Made by a program: the position numbers and the translations under genes. Shown piece by piece: positions 1 to 8,010 of a stretch of DNA of 64,000 nucleotides. The DNA is from a virus. Location: positions 32,001 to 96,000 of IMG/VR virus record IMGVR_UViG_3300025508_000006; one strand, given 5' to 3'. Position 1 is the stretch's first letter. Each line of letters begins with the position of its first letter. The notes under the pieces are model-generated. The model saw only the letters and a list, made by a program, of their open reading frames with translations. It was not told the origin of the DNA and made no database searches.

Positions 1-2
1 GA

Positions 3-137
3 TCAGAAATCATTGCGGCGATTCGTGGACTAGAGTTGGATGTTGATGAAGTCAATCAAGGGTTTCGTTATCACATAGAGATATTCAAAGAGTTAGAAAA
101 GATGGGTAAAGATGATAGGATGGGTAAAGATGATTAG
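3..137 (+). CDS. Heme oxygenase, C-terminal fragment (5' truncated by window edge)
   Basis: Frame 3 reads SEIIAAIRGLELDVDEVNQGFRYHIEIFKELEKMGKDDRMGKDD*. EVNQGF..HIEIFKEL resembles the C-terminal EAN.AF..N..IF.EL helix of heme oxygenases. It lies directly before a bilin reductase, as in phage hemO/ho1-FDBR pairs. Confidence 0.7.
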   Translation, partial: SEIIAAIRGLELDVDEVNQGFRYHIEIFKELEKMGKDDRMGKDD

Positions 138-768
138 TTTAGAAGATCGTCTAACCGAACTAACTGGTGAAATGCAAGAAATCATTGAAGCATCTGCTGG
201 TGTTAAAGCATTAGAGACAGAGGAGTTTGGATGGGAGAACTATCGATACGAATCACCTAAGTTTAGACTAGCACACATAGAGCGATACTATGTTGATGGA
301 CTGGTTGTTGCTCATGTTGTTGTGATACCACGTGAGACTATCGGTGCACCTATCTTTGGATTCGATGTTGTCGGTAGTGCTAAGACAGGTAGAATTACTG
401 GTGCATTCGTTGATTGGTCACCCATAATGTGGGAAGGCAAGTGGCACAACACAGAGTGGAACAATGATCGAAAACTACCAGTCTGGGCAGAATGTTTTAG
501 TAACCAGTTTGTTGCTATCAGACCAGACGAAGATGAGACAGATAAACTATTTGAGTTTGCTATAGATACTTTCACCGAGTATATGATGATGCTCCAAGAA
601 TGTAAAGGCAGTAATAGTAAAGGTTGGGTAGATACAATCAAGATAGCACAGAATAAGTACTGTACACACCAAGCATCAAACCCACGCACACGTGCCGCAT
701 TGAATAAGAAGATCGGCAAAGAACGTGCAGAGTATTTCATGACTGAGATACTTTTCCCCAAGATTTAG
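130..768 (+). CDS. Ferredoxin-dependent bilin reductase (PcyA/PcyX family)
   Basis: Motifs RLAHIE, VAHVVVIP, PIFGFDVV, AFVDWSP, LPVWAECFS and Q.KYC.HQ..NPRT...L...IG.E.A..FM.EILFP match the FDBR family. Likely start is ATG 130, overlapping the heme oxygenase stop (ORF track starts at 112). Confidence 0.85.
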   Translation: MISLEDRLTELTGEMQEIIEASAGVKALETEEFGWENYRYESPKFRLAHIERYYVDGLVVAHVVVIPRETIGAPIFGFDVVGSAKTGRITGAFVDWSPIMWEGKWHNTEWNNDRKLPVWAECFSNQFVAIRPDEDETDKLFEFAIDTFTEYMMMLQECKGSNSKGWVDTIKIAQNKYCTHQASNPRTRAALNKKIGKERAEYFMTEILFPKI

Positions 769-810
769 TCCCACTACCTTGGGACCGACCTGAGTATGTC
801 ACGAAACTGC

Positions 811-839
811 TTGACTTCTACACATTTATTTGTTATAAT
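811..839 (+). promoter_or_regulatory. sigma70-type early promoter
   Basis: TTGACT(811-816)-17 bp-TATAAT(834-839) with extended -10 TG; upstream of thyX. Confidence 0.8.
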
Positions 840-932
840 GGACTCATGAAGTATACTTCTTTTCGTAAATTGGTAACGATTCCAAAGTGAGAAGATTACT
901 TCTAATATAGATAATTACTATTTGGAATTAAT

Positions 933-1601
933 ATGGAACAAAATAAAGTAAGTTTGATTGCCCTGAGTTCGCCTAGTGCATACTCTGATTGTAATACCGC
1001 AGAGCAACTGGTAGCATATGCGGCACGAGTTAGTAATCCTGCTAATCAGAATAATACCAAGACTGCTGGTAAGTTAGTTCGATATCTGATTAAAGAGAAT
1101 CATTGGTCGCCTCTTGAGATGGTTCATATGACTATGGAGATTGTGACGACTCGTGATATTAGTCGCCAGATTCTACGTCATCGCTCATTCTCATTTCAAG
1201 AATTCTCTCAGAGATATGCAGTGAGTGAGAATCTTGACGTGGTGCGCGAGACACGAATACAGGATGAGAAGAATCGCCAGAACTCTATTGTGACGGATGA
1301 CAAACATATTACGAGTGAATGGGGTCTCGCACAATCAAGAGTACGTAACTTCGTTAAGAAGGAATATACTGCCGCTCTTGATATGGGTATTGCGAAAGAA
1401 CAGGCACGTGCATTGTTGCCCGAGGGTTTAACAGAGACGACATTGTACATGGCAGGTAGTCTGCGTTCATGGATTCACTATTGCGATTTACGCATGGCGA
1501 ATGGTACGCAAAAAGAGCATATGGACGTAGCAGAAAAATGTTGGGAAATAATTAAGCAACACTTCCCTGATGTAGTTAAAGCGGTCGAGGAGACTGAATG
1601 A
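933..1601 (+). CDS. thyX: Flavin-dependent thymidylate synthase
   Basis: ThyX signature RHRSFSFQEFSQRY, plus HWSPLEM, AKEQARALLP and GSLRSWIHY. Confidence 0.95.
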   Translation: MEQNKVSLIALSSPSAYSDCNTAEQLVAYAARVSNPANQNNTKTAGKLVRYLIKENHWSPLEMVHMTMEIVTTRDISRQILRHRSFSFQEFSQRYAVSENLDVVRETRIQDEKNRQNSIVTDDKHITSEWGLAQSRVRNFVKKEYTAALDMGIAKEQARALLPEGLTETTLYMAGSLRSWIHYCDLRMANGTQKEHMDVAEKCWEIIKQHFPDVVKAVEETE

Positions 1602-1879
1602 TGAGTGATTTTAAAAAAGGTGATGTAGTAAGTGTAGTAACTCTCTCAGGAGAGTATATGGGTAAGTACAATCAGAATCATGCGGATGGTGGTCTTACAC
1701 TAGATGATCCTCGTATGCTGATTGCTGGTGATGATGGTATTGGTTTTGCTCGTGGTATTTGTATGACAGGTGTTGAGAATGTCAATACTGTTCGTTTCAA
1801 AGATTACGTTTATTTTACACCAACCAACGCTGAGTTTGAGAAAGCATACCGTACAGCAGTAAGCGGCATCATTCTGTGA
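1598..1879 (+). CDS. Hypothetical protein (small beta-rich, possibly Sm-like)
   Basis: 93-aa ORF overlapping the thyX stop; ends in AVSGIIL, like conserved small proteins of T4-like phages. Confidence 0.6.
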   Translation: MMSDFKKGDVVSVVTLSGEYMGKYNQNHADGGLTLDDPRMLIAGDDGIGFARGICMTGVENVNTVRFKDYVYFTPTNAEFEKAYRTAVSGIIL

Positions 1880-2022
1880 ATTCGAAGAAAGCAAAGTTGT
1901 TTCGTAAAGTAGGAAAGGTTGACAAACGGTCAAAGTCCTTGTATAATAGTCTCACTAGCAAAGAAAAAGAATTGTTAGGCGAGATTTATAAAGTGGCGAA
2001 ACAACAAAAGTCGGAGAAATAA
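1876..2022 (+). CDS. Small basic hypothetical protein (48 aa, not in ORF track)
   Basis: GTG start overlaps the upstream TGA; MNSKKAKLFRKVGKVDKRSKSLYNSLTSKEKELLGEIYKVAKQQKSEK* fills the gap exactly. Confidence 0.5.
   Translation: MNSKKAKLFRKVGKVDKRSKSLYNSLTSKEKELLGEIYKVAKQQKSEK
1919..1947 (+). promoter_or_regulatory. sigma70-type early promoter
   Basis: Perfect TTGACA-17 bp-TATAAT. Confidence 0.8.
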
Positions 2023-2023
2023 C

Positions 2024-2575
2024 ATTAATATATTCTATTTACATCAAGATCCTGTAATATGTGCTGAACAGCACAACGACAAGCACGTGGTAAAGATGTG
2101 TGTAGAGTATGCACAACTGTTATCGACTGCGCAAAGATGCATTGATGGCGAGTTCTGGACTGGAAGAACAACTAACGGTCGTAAGATTGCTAGATACTTT
2201 CACCCAGACTCTGCCATGAATCATACGCTATACAAAGCAACACACATCAATCATCCATCTTCTATCTGGTGCAGAAAGTCTGTACAGAATTATCAGTGGT
2301 TGTATGATATGTGGATTGCATTATGTTTTGAGTTTGAGAAACGATACGGCAAGAAGCATATGTCGTTTGTTAAGTTAGAGTACTATCTCTTAATGCCTCC
2401 TGCGCTAATACCTACAGATGGGTTTACACAACCTACTCCTGCTATGGGTTCACATCCGCACTGCATCGTAGAAGGTGATTCGTTAACATCTTATCGCAAC
2501 TACTATAGAGAAGCGAAGCGTGATTTTGCAGTGTGGTCAAAGAGAGATATCCCGCATTGGTGGAGAGAGCAATAA
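2024..2575 (+). CDS. Pyrimidine-dimer DNA glycosylase (DenV/Pyr_excise-like) protein with ATT start
   Basis: Reads (I/M)NIFYLHQDPVICAEQHNDKHVVKM..EYAQLLSTA...YKATHINHPSSIW..., the typical N-terminus of this family. In frame with track ORF 2087..2575; GGAG SD at 2013-2016. Confidence 0.75.
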   Translation: MNIFYLHQDPVICAEQHNDKHVVKMCVEYAQLLSTAQRCIDGEFWTGRTTNGRKIARYFHPDSAMNHTLYKATHINHPSSIWCRKSVQNYQWLYDMWIALCFEFEKRYGKKHMSFVKLEYYLLMPPALIPTDGFTQPTPAMGSHPHCIVEGDSLTSYRNYYREAKRDFAVWSKRDIPHWWREQ

Positions 2576-3330
2576 TGGCAAAGAGAATTAAGAAAGCAAA
2601 GTTCACCCCTAAACCCAAGAAGACTCTTGTGCCTGCACCTAACTGGGAGAAACTTGAGAAGGCGAATACAGAAGAGAAGCGCATGGCAGCGTGGACTGAA
2701 TGTGAACAGTTTGTTCATGCTGAAGTGACCGATAAAGAATATCTTCACTCTATGAAGAAGTGGGTGCGTAGTACTGACTGGAATATGGCAGAGCAAAGTT
2801 CTTTATTGCCTGACACGTTCATGTTACCATTTGCTAAACATGGTTGGAAAGCAATTCGATTAGGGTTTATGCCCGAGACTGTTGAGCGTTCATTAAAGAA
2901 GAATCTTCTACCCTTACTTGAGAAAGCACAAACTCTGAAGGATAGAGTTGCAAGTGATCCGGCAGTTCATCCAACAGTACTTGAGAAAGATGAAGATCAT
3001 GCAGTATACTACCCTAAAGTAAAGGAATGGATAGTAGAAACAAAAGCGTTTCTGAAAGCGAGTAAGAACTATCAAGAGTCACCGGATTCTTCATTACGTA
3101 CTCAGTATCGCACTATGGAAACTTATCTTTACAATCTTAATGCATATGTCAAAACAGGTGTTTGGTTAGATTCACACTATGGTGAAAAACGTGAGTACAG
3201 ACAAATCTCTGCATGTATTGCTCCTGCATATGATGCAGACGGAATGCAAAAACGAACTATTGGAATATATTACGCAGACGTTGGTGGTATATGGACTAAA
3301 GAACTAATGAGTAATTATAACGATGATTAA
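2575..3330 (+). CDS. Hypothetical protein
   Basis: Long ORF; ATG 2575 (MAKRIKKAK) overlaps the upstream stop. Confidence 0.7.
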   Translation: MAKRIKKAKFTPKPKKTLVPAPNWEKLEKANTEEKRMAAWTECEQFVHAEVTDKEYLHSMKKWVRSTDWNMAEQSSLLPDTFMLPFAKHGWKAIRLGFMPETVERSLKKNLLPLLEKAQTLKDRVASDPAVHPTVLEKDEDHAVYYPKVKEWIVETKAFLKASKNYQESPDSSLRTQYRTMETYLYNLNAYVKTGVWLDSHYGEKREYRQISACIAPAYDADGMQKRTIGIYYADVGGIWTKELMSNYNDD

Positions 3331-3559
3331 ACTTGAAGGCAGTATGATGATGACAAAAAGTCGTTTCACTAATATGGTTGAAGATTGGGTACGTGAGAAG
3401 AGACAACCCTATATGGATGCTGTAGTAGCGATTTGTGAGAACAATAATATGGATGTAGAAGATTGTAAGAAGTTTATCTCGCCCGTCATCAAGAACAAAA
3501 TTGAGGCAGAAGCAATGTCTCTAAACTTCCTACCTAGGCAGAATACTCTGCCTTTATGA
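3323..3559 (+). CDS. 33: Late transcription coactivator gp33
   Basis: YMDAVV..CE.N.MDVED..K.IS..IK.KIEAEA..LNFLP; located near gp32. Confidence 0.85.
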   Translation: MIKLEGSMMMTKSRFTNMVEDWVREKRQPYMDAVVAICENNNMDVEDCKKFISPVIKNKIEAEAMSLNFLPRQNTLPL

Positions 3560-3927
3560 GCGATGATAGTACAATAGCAACGTCGAACGCGCTCCTGCCG
3601 TATGGTACTTCGTCCAGTGCACCTGCTATTGTACTACCTGACACTGATCTGTTTAGATCAGAACGTGGATCATTAACACGAAACTATTTTGAGAATGCAG
3701 TTGATCTAATTAATCGTGAGTATGAAGCGATAAAAAGACTTGCAATGTTGAATGAATTAGTGTATAATGCATCTTATAACTTCGTACCAAGAGTCGGTCA
3801 AATGTATCATCTATATCGAAAGAAAGATGATTCGTATATGTTGAGCATGATTGAGAATTGGACGAAGTACGAGTTTGTAGTATCAATTGAATATACTGCT
3901 GACTCAGTTTGGAAAGAAAAAGGTTGA
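3556..3927 (+). CDS. DUF2452-like protein
   Basis: LPYGT..SAPAI...VYNASYNFVPRVGQMYHLY...LSMI pattern. Confidence 0.6.
   Translation: MSDDSTIATSNALLPYGTSSSAPAIVLPDTDLFRSERGSLTRNYFENAVDLINREYEAIKRLAMLNELVYNASYNFVPRVGQMYHLYRKKDDSYMLSMIENWTKYEFVVSIEYTADSVWKEKG
3740..3768 (+). promoter_or_regulatory. Possible internal sigma70 promoter for gp32
   Basis: TTGCAA-17 bp-TATAAT. Confidence 0.5.
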
Positions 3928-3952
3928 CTTCTGTAAGTTATTATGTTACTAT
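3924..3952 (+). promoter_or_regulatory. sigma70-type promoter upstream of gp32
   Basis: TTGACT-17 bp-TACTAT with extended -10 TG. Confidence 0.7.
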
Positions 3953-4040
3953 ATACTAGTTACATTATGAGAAACAAAGTGGACACAAAAAGCAACACAT
4001 ACTAGAAACTATACTCTGTAAATATAAAAGGTAAATATAT

Positions 4041-4937
4041 ATGTCATTCGCAAATCTAAAACGCAACCGTAACTCTATCTCCGATCTCGTCAGTGCCGCT
4101 GGTGCTGGTTCAGGCGGCGGTGGTTCTGAAAAGAAATCCTATAAAGATGAACGTCAGTGGAAACCAACTGTTGATAAAGCAGGCAATGGTTATGCTGTAC
4201 TTCGTTTTCTTCCTGCTCCTGAAACGTGCGAGACTCCTTGGGTTCGCTATTGGGATCACGGGTTTAAGGGTCCAACTGGTCAATGGTTCATCGAGAAGTC
4301 TTTGACTTCAATCGGTCAACAAGATCCAGTATCAGAAGCAAACAGTGTTCTATGGAACACAGGTACTGATGATAATAAAGCAATTGTACGTGATCGTAAG
4401 CGTCGATTGCACTATGTATCAAACGTACTGGTGGTTAGTGATCCATCTAATCCTGCCAATGAAGGCAAAGTATTCATGTACACTTATGGTAAGAAAATCT
4501 TCGATAAGATCATGGATGTTATGCAACCACAGTTCGCTGATGAGAAACCAGTTAACCCATTTGACTTCTGGGAAGGTGCCGACTTTAAACTGAAGATTCG
4601 TCAAGTTGAAGGATATCGTAACTATGATAAGTCTGAGTTCTCTTCGCCAGCACCTCTAATGGGTGGTGATGATGATCAACTTGAGCAGTTATATGAAACT
4701 GTTTATGACTTAGGCGAGTTCGCAGATCCTGCTGCCTACAAGACATACGAAGAGTTATCTGCTCGTCTTGCTCTTGTTCTTGGTGAGCAAGCACCTCGTA
4801 CGGTTGCGCAGACTGTAGCATTAGATACTAAAGAAGCACCAGCGCCTGTACGTGAAGCACCTGCTCCTGTCATGCCTAGTGCTGCCGAAGATGAAGATGA
4901 CACTATGTCATACTTCGCTAAACTAGCGGCAGAATAA
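4041..4937 (+). CDS. 32: Single-stranded DNA-binding protein gp32
   Basis: DKAGNGYAVLRFLP, HGFKGPTGQWFIE, YGKKIFDKI, NPFDFWEGADFKLKIR, NYDKSEF and an acidic tail ending DTMSYFAKLA. Confidence 0.97.
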   Translation: MSFANLKRNRNSISDLVSAAGAGSGGGGSEKKSYKDERQWKPTVDKAGNGYAVLRFLPAPETCETPWVRYWDHGFKGPTGQWFIEKSLTSIGQQDPVSEANSVLWNTGTDDNKAIVRDRKRRLHYVSNVLVVSDPSNPANEGKVFMYTYGKKIFDKIMDVMQPQFADEKPVNPFDFWEGADFKLKIRQVEGYRNYDKSEFSSPAPLMGGDDDQLEQLYETVYDLGEFADPAAYKTYEELSARLALVLGEQAPRTVAQTVALDTKEAPAPVREAPAPVMPSAAEDEDDTMSYFAKLAAE

Positions 4938-4992
4938 ACGTCAATTTCATAAGACGGTAAAGGATTGCGAGTTCGCGGTCGAAGATGAAACT

Positions 4993-5020
4993 AAGGGGAC
5001 GCGAAAGCGTCCCTTTTTTA
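4993..5020 (+). terminator. Rho-independent terminator between convergent operons
   Basis: GGGGACGC-GAAA-GCGTCCCT hairpin followed by a T run. Confidence 0.9.
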
Positions 5021-6391
5021 TTACCAGGAATACTGTGAAGAGCGTATTCCAAAACTATTTGTAGGGTTCAATATATAATTACCAGCACCGCTACTAGAAG
5101 ATACATTATTCTGAGTTGTTGTCGGAGCATTAACATTACTCACATTAGTAATATTCACTGTAGCACCTTCACCTGCCGAAATTGATGATCTAGCAATTGC
5201 GCCACTCAGTTCTTCTCGATCTGTTGATTTACTTAATCTATCAGCAGTAATTTTCTTGTTGGCACTTACAATAGAATCTGATAGAGTTTCAGGAGTCAAC
5301 TCGGCAACAGTAGTTCTACTACCAGCACCTCTTGATTTTACTCTACTTCTACTTGAACTTACACTTGTCAAAACTTCTTCTTCGGAAGCAGACTCTACTT
5401 TAGGCGCACTACCTGATCCACCACTCATTACGTGATTCCACTCTTTCATGAATGCACTTGCAGGTGATTCACCACCGGGCATAATAGCACCTATAGCGGC
5501 AACTGCACCACGTGCGAATCCTTCGAGTACATTGAATATTGTATCTACAACAACTCCGAACGTATCAGAGAAAGAAAACGAGTCAAGCAACTTAGAGAAG
5601 TTTTCGAGTCCCATCTTTTTCATCAACCATGATACACCATCTTTAAGTAAGTCAAGAGGAATCAGAACTATGTTTGCAAGACCTTTCTGTATTCCCTTTG
5701 CTAGTCCTAGAAATTTATCAAATATATCAGCACCCTCACCAAGACTGGTCATCTCTTTAAAGACTGCCATTCCCACTTCGATTGCCGCAGTGAGTGGAAG
5801 AAATACTCTACCGAGTAATCTGAAGAACCCGAAGAACTTAGCGAATGTTGCACCGAATCCTTTAACGAATGTAACTATAGGTTGGAAGAATTTACCGATT
5901 GAAGAGAAGACTTTGCCTATAACACCTCCTTTACCAAAGAATGAACCGATGCGTCCAAAGAAATCTGTCATTGGTTTAAAGAATGTGCCTACTTTTGCTA
6001 CTGCTCTACCAATCGCGCCGTCGGCAGAGAAGATTGCTTTTAACTTATTACTCCATTTAAGAAACTTTGCGCCAATATCTAGTCTAAACATTTTCAGAAT
6101 TTTGTTTAAGGTTTCACCGAAACCAGTAACGAATCCTACAACTGCACCAGTAAGACCAGCAACAATGGCAGCAAACCCGAAGTTTAGTCCTTTAACATTT
6201 TCTTCTGGTTTTGATCCTTCGGCAGGCACAGCAGGAGCAGATTCGCCAATACGTTCGCGCATCATTTCCATCTCGTCCATCTTATTACTAAACCAAAGTG
6301 TAATAAAATTATCGAGTCTACGGTCAACACGACTAAGTGTTTCATTAGTCTGCATCTGTTCTAGTACTACGTCATCCAGTGTTAGCGCCAT
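5021..6391 (-). CDS. Putative tape measure / baseplate hub protein (gp29-like position)
   Basis: Ala/Gly-rich with amphipathic F-periodic repeats (FFKPMTDFFGRIGSFF...); directly downstream of gp26/gp51. Confidence 0.55.
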   Translation of the reverse strand: MALTLDDVVLEQMQTNETLSRVDRRLDNFITLWFSNKMDEMEMMRERIGESAPAVPAEGSKPEENVKGLNFGFAAIVAGLTGAVVGFVTGFGETLNKILKMFRLDIGAKFLKWSNKLKAIFSADGAIGRAVAKVGTFFKPMTDFFGRIGSFFGKGGVIGKVFSSIGKFFQPIVTFVKGFGATFAKFFGFFRLLGRVFLPLTAAIEVGMAVFKEMTSLGEGADIFDKFLGLAKGIQKGLANIVLIPLDLLKDGVSWLMKKMGLENFSKLLDSFSFSDTFGVVVDTIFNVLEGFARGAVAAIGAIMPGGESPASAFMKEWNHVMSGGSGSAPKVESASEEEVLTSVSSSRSRVKSRGAGSRTTVAELTPETLSDSIVSANKKITADRLSKSTDREELSGAIARSSISAGEGATVNITNVSNVNAPTTTQNNVSSSSGAGNYILNPTNSFGIRSSQYSW

Positions 6392-6572
6392 TATTCTCTC
6401 TCTCTTGCTTCTCTTCTTCTAAAGTTTGCATTAACAGTATCATGTGTACCTCTCTCTCCCATGGCATCATAACCTCTAACTCTGTTAATGAATACTTATG
6501 ATACCTGGATAGCAAAAAATTAGTCTTAAAATGATTTGCTAGATTGTCGTGAGACAGGCATACTAGAAAAAA
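6372..6572 (-). CDS. 51: Baseplate hub assembly protein gp51-like (no own start codon; -1 frame of gp26)
   Basis: Frame reads FFLVCLSHDNLANHFKTNFLLSRYHKYSLTELEVMMPWEREVHMILL...*, with the typical gp51 motif HKYSLTELE.MMPWERE. Confidence 0.8.
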   Translation of the reverse strand, partial: FFLVCLSHDNLANHFKTNFLLSRYHKYSLTELEVMMPWEREVHMILLMQTLEEEKQERENNGANTG

Positions 6573-7258
6573 CTCTGCATTCCCTCCAGTACAACATTAT
6601 TATGTGTACCACATTTTTCGCAGTCAAACTTAACTTCATGTTTAACTGACGGCATATCTTTCAAATAAGTCGATATCTTTTCGAACTGCTGTTGAGTCAT
6701 CGTATCGATAAATCCATCGATACTATCCTTCGATTCATCTGCCATTACAATTCTTTCTTCTTGAGTAATAACAGTCTTCATACACTTACCAAGAACACTA
6801 AACCCTGCTTCTGCTTCATCTTCGGTGAAGTCAACCATAGCATAACTCGGATACATCATCTCTACTGAGATACTATCACTTAATTTTATGATGTTATTCT
6901 TCTTACCTACTTTACATTCAATCTCGCCAATATCAACTAACTGCTCATTGTCGTGATCACACTCTTCGCAAGCGATGTTTAATGTAACAACTTCGCCTAC
7001 AGACTTTGCTCTGATCTGAAGAAACATATATTCAATATCAAATGTTGTCAATTCATTTCGTTTGATAGCATTGCCGTCAAGACATGCCATGACTGTATCA
7101 AGTACTGCATTCATTATCTGACCTATGTCTTTCGATTCAGATGCTATCAGTAAAATCTTCTCTTCTTTAACTAAGTAAGGTCTAAACTTAACTTTCTTCT
7201 TCAACGATGGAACTGTCAACTCATATTTGGGTGTATCATTTAACGATGGTAATGCCAT
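6563..7258 (-). CDS. 26: Baseplate hub subunit/chaperone gp26
   Basis: MALP...P.YEL..PS....KFRPYLVKEEKILL, FDIEYMFLQIRAKSVGE, two CxxC motifs, and LEGMQSFF end. Confidence 0.92.
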   Translation of the reverse strand: MALPSLNDTPKYELTVPSLKKKVKFRPYLVKEEKILLIASESKDIGQIMNAVLDTVMACLDGNAIKRNELTTFDIEYMFLQIRAKSVGEVVTLNIACEECDHDNEQLVDIGEIECKVGKKNNIIKLSDSISVEMMYPSYAMVDFTEDEAEAGFSVLGKCMKTVITQEERIVMADESKDSIDGFIDTMTQQQFEKISTYLKDMPSVKHEVKFDCEKCGTHNNVVLEGMQSFF

Positions 7259-7278
7259 TATTTAATTTCCTCAATAAT

Positions 7279-8010
7279 TTAATTTAGTGCTTTGAATATC
7301 TTGTTTGTTACTTTACTTGCCGCATTTGTTGATGCCGCTCCAGTTCCTGTTATTCCTACCTTTCCTTTATCTGCCGGTTCTAAGTACTCACCCTGCCATG
7401 ATTTGTATGAAAACTCTACTGTGAACTGACTAATCTCATTCTGCGATGCATCTGTAAACGTCTCATACTGAATTGACTTGGGAAATGCACGATCAAGTAA
7501 CCAATGATAGTTTGCAAATCCACTTGTTCCTGCATCAACATCTATATCAAGATTAAGAGAAATAGGACCAAGATTAATATCTTTACTAACATTAAATAGT
7601 GGTGTAGTAAATCCCTTTTCTAGTTGATAGATGTGAACTTTCTGACAGTATGTATCTGCATAACCAGCAACGTATCTTCCTTCGCCCGCATCACCAACAC
7701 GTTTAATAATACTATCCATCCAACTCTCGAAGTATCGTCGTGTTCCCTGATCATTCATCACTCTGAATGTCATACTGACTTCTGGATTGTTAAACCCATA
7801 TGCTACTTGCTGTATATCAGCACCAATCTCTCGTGCAACTGTACTAATTTGTCTCGACGGAAGTGTAACACTTGTACACATGAAGGACATATCTCTTGGT
7901 GATTGATCTCCTATACGTGGTAAAAGAACGTGATACAGGTTGGGTCTTGCCGCACCTCCTTTACTGCCAAATACGCTTTTAAATTCGTCTACGCTACCAG
8001 GTCTAAACAT
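7279..8010 (-). CDS. Tail-tube-like baseplate protein (gp54/gp19 family)
   Basis: GGAARPNLY.V, C.SVTLP.R, YFESWMD, AFPKSI and FTVEFSY: tube-protein fold motifs. Confidence 0.75.
   Translation of the reverse strand: MFRPGSVDEFKSVFGSKGGAARPNLYHVLLPRIGDQSPRDMSFMCTSVTLPSRQISTVAREIGADIQQVAYGFNNPEVSMTFRVMNDQGTRRYFESWMDSIIKRVGDAGEGRYVAGYADTYCQKVHIYQLEKGFTTPLFNVSKDINLGPISLNLDIDVDAGTSGFANYHWLLDRAFPKSIQYETFTDASQNEISQFTVEFSYKSWQGEYLEPADKGKVGITGTGAASTNAASKVTNKIFKALN

Noticed and set aside
789-808. Hammerhead ribozyme (CTGAGTA...GAAAC)
   Set aside because: The core deviates from CUGANGA and stems I/III with a cleavage triplet could not be formed.
5448-6422. 324-aa plus-strand ORF
   Set aside because: Antisense shadow of the tape-measure-like gene; lies behind a terminator, with no SD or recognisable motif.
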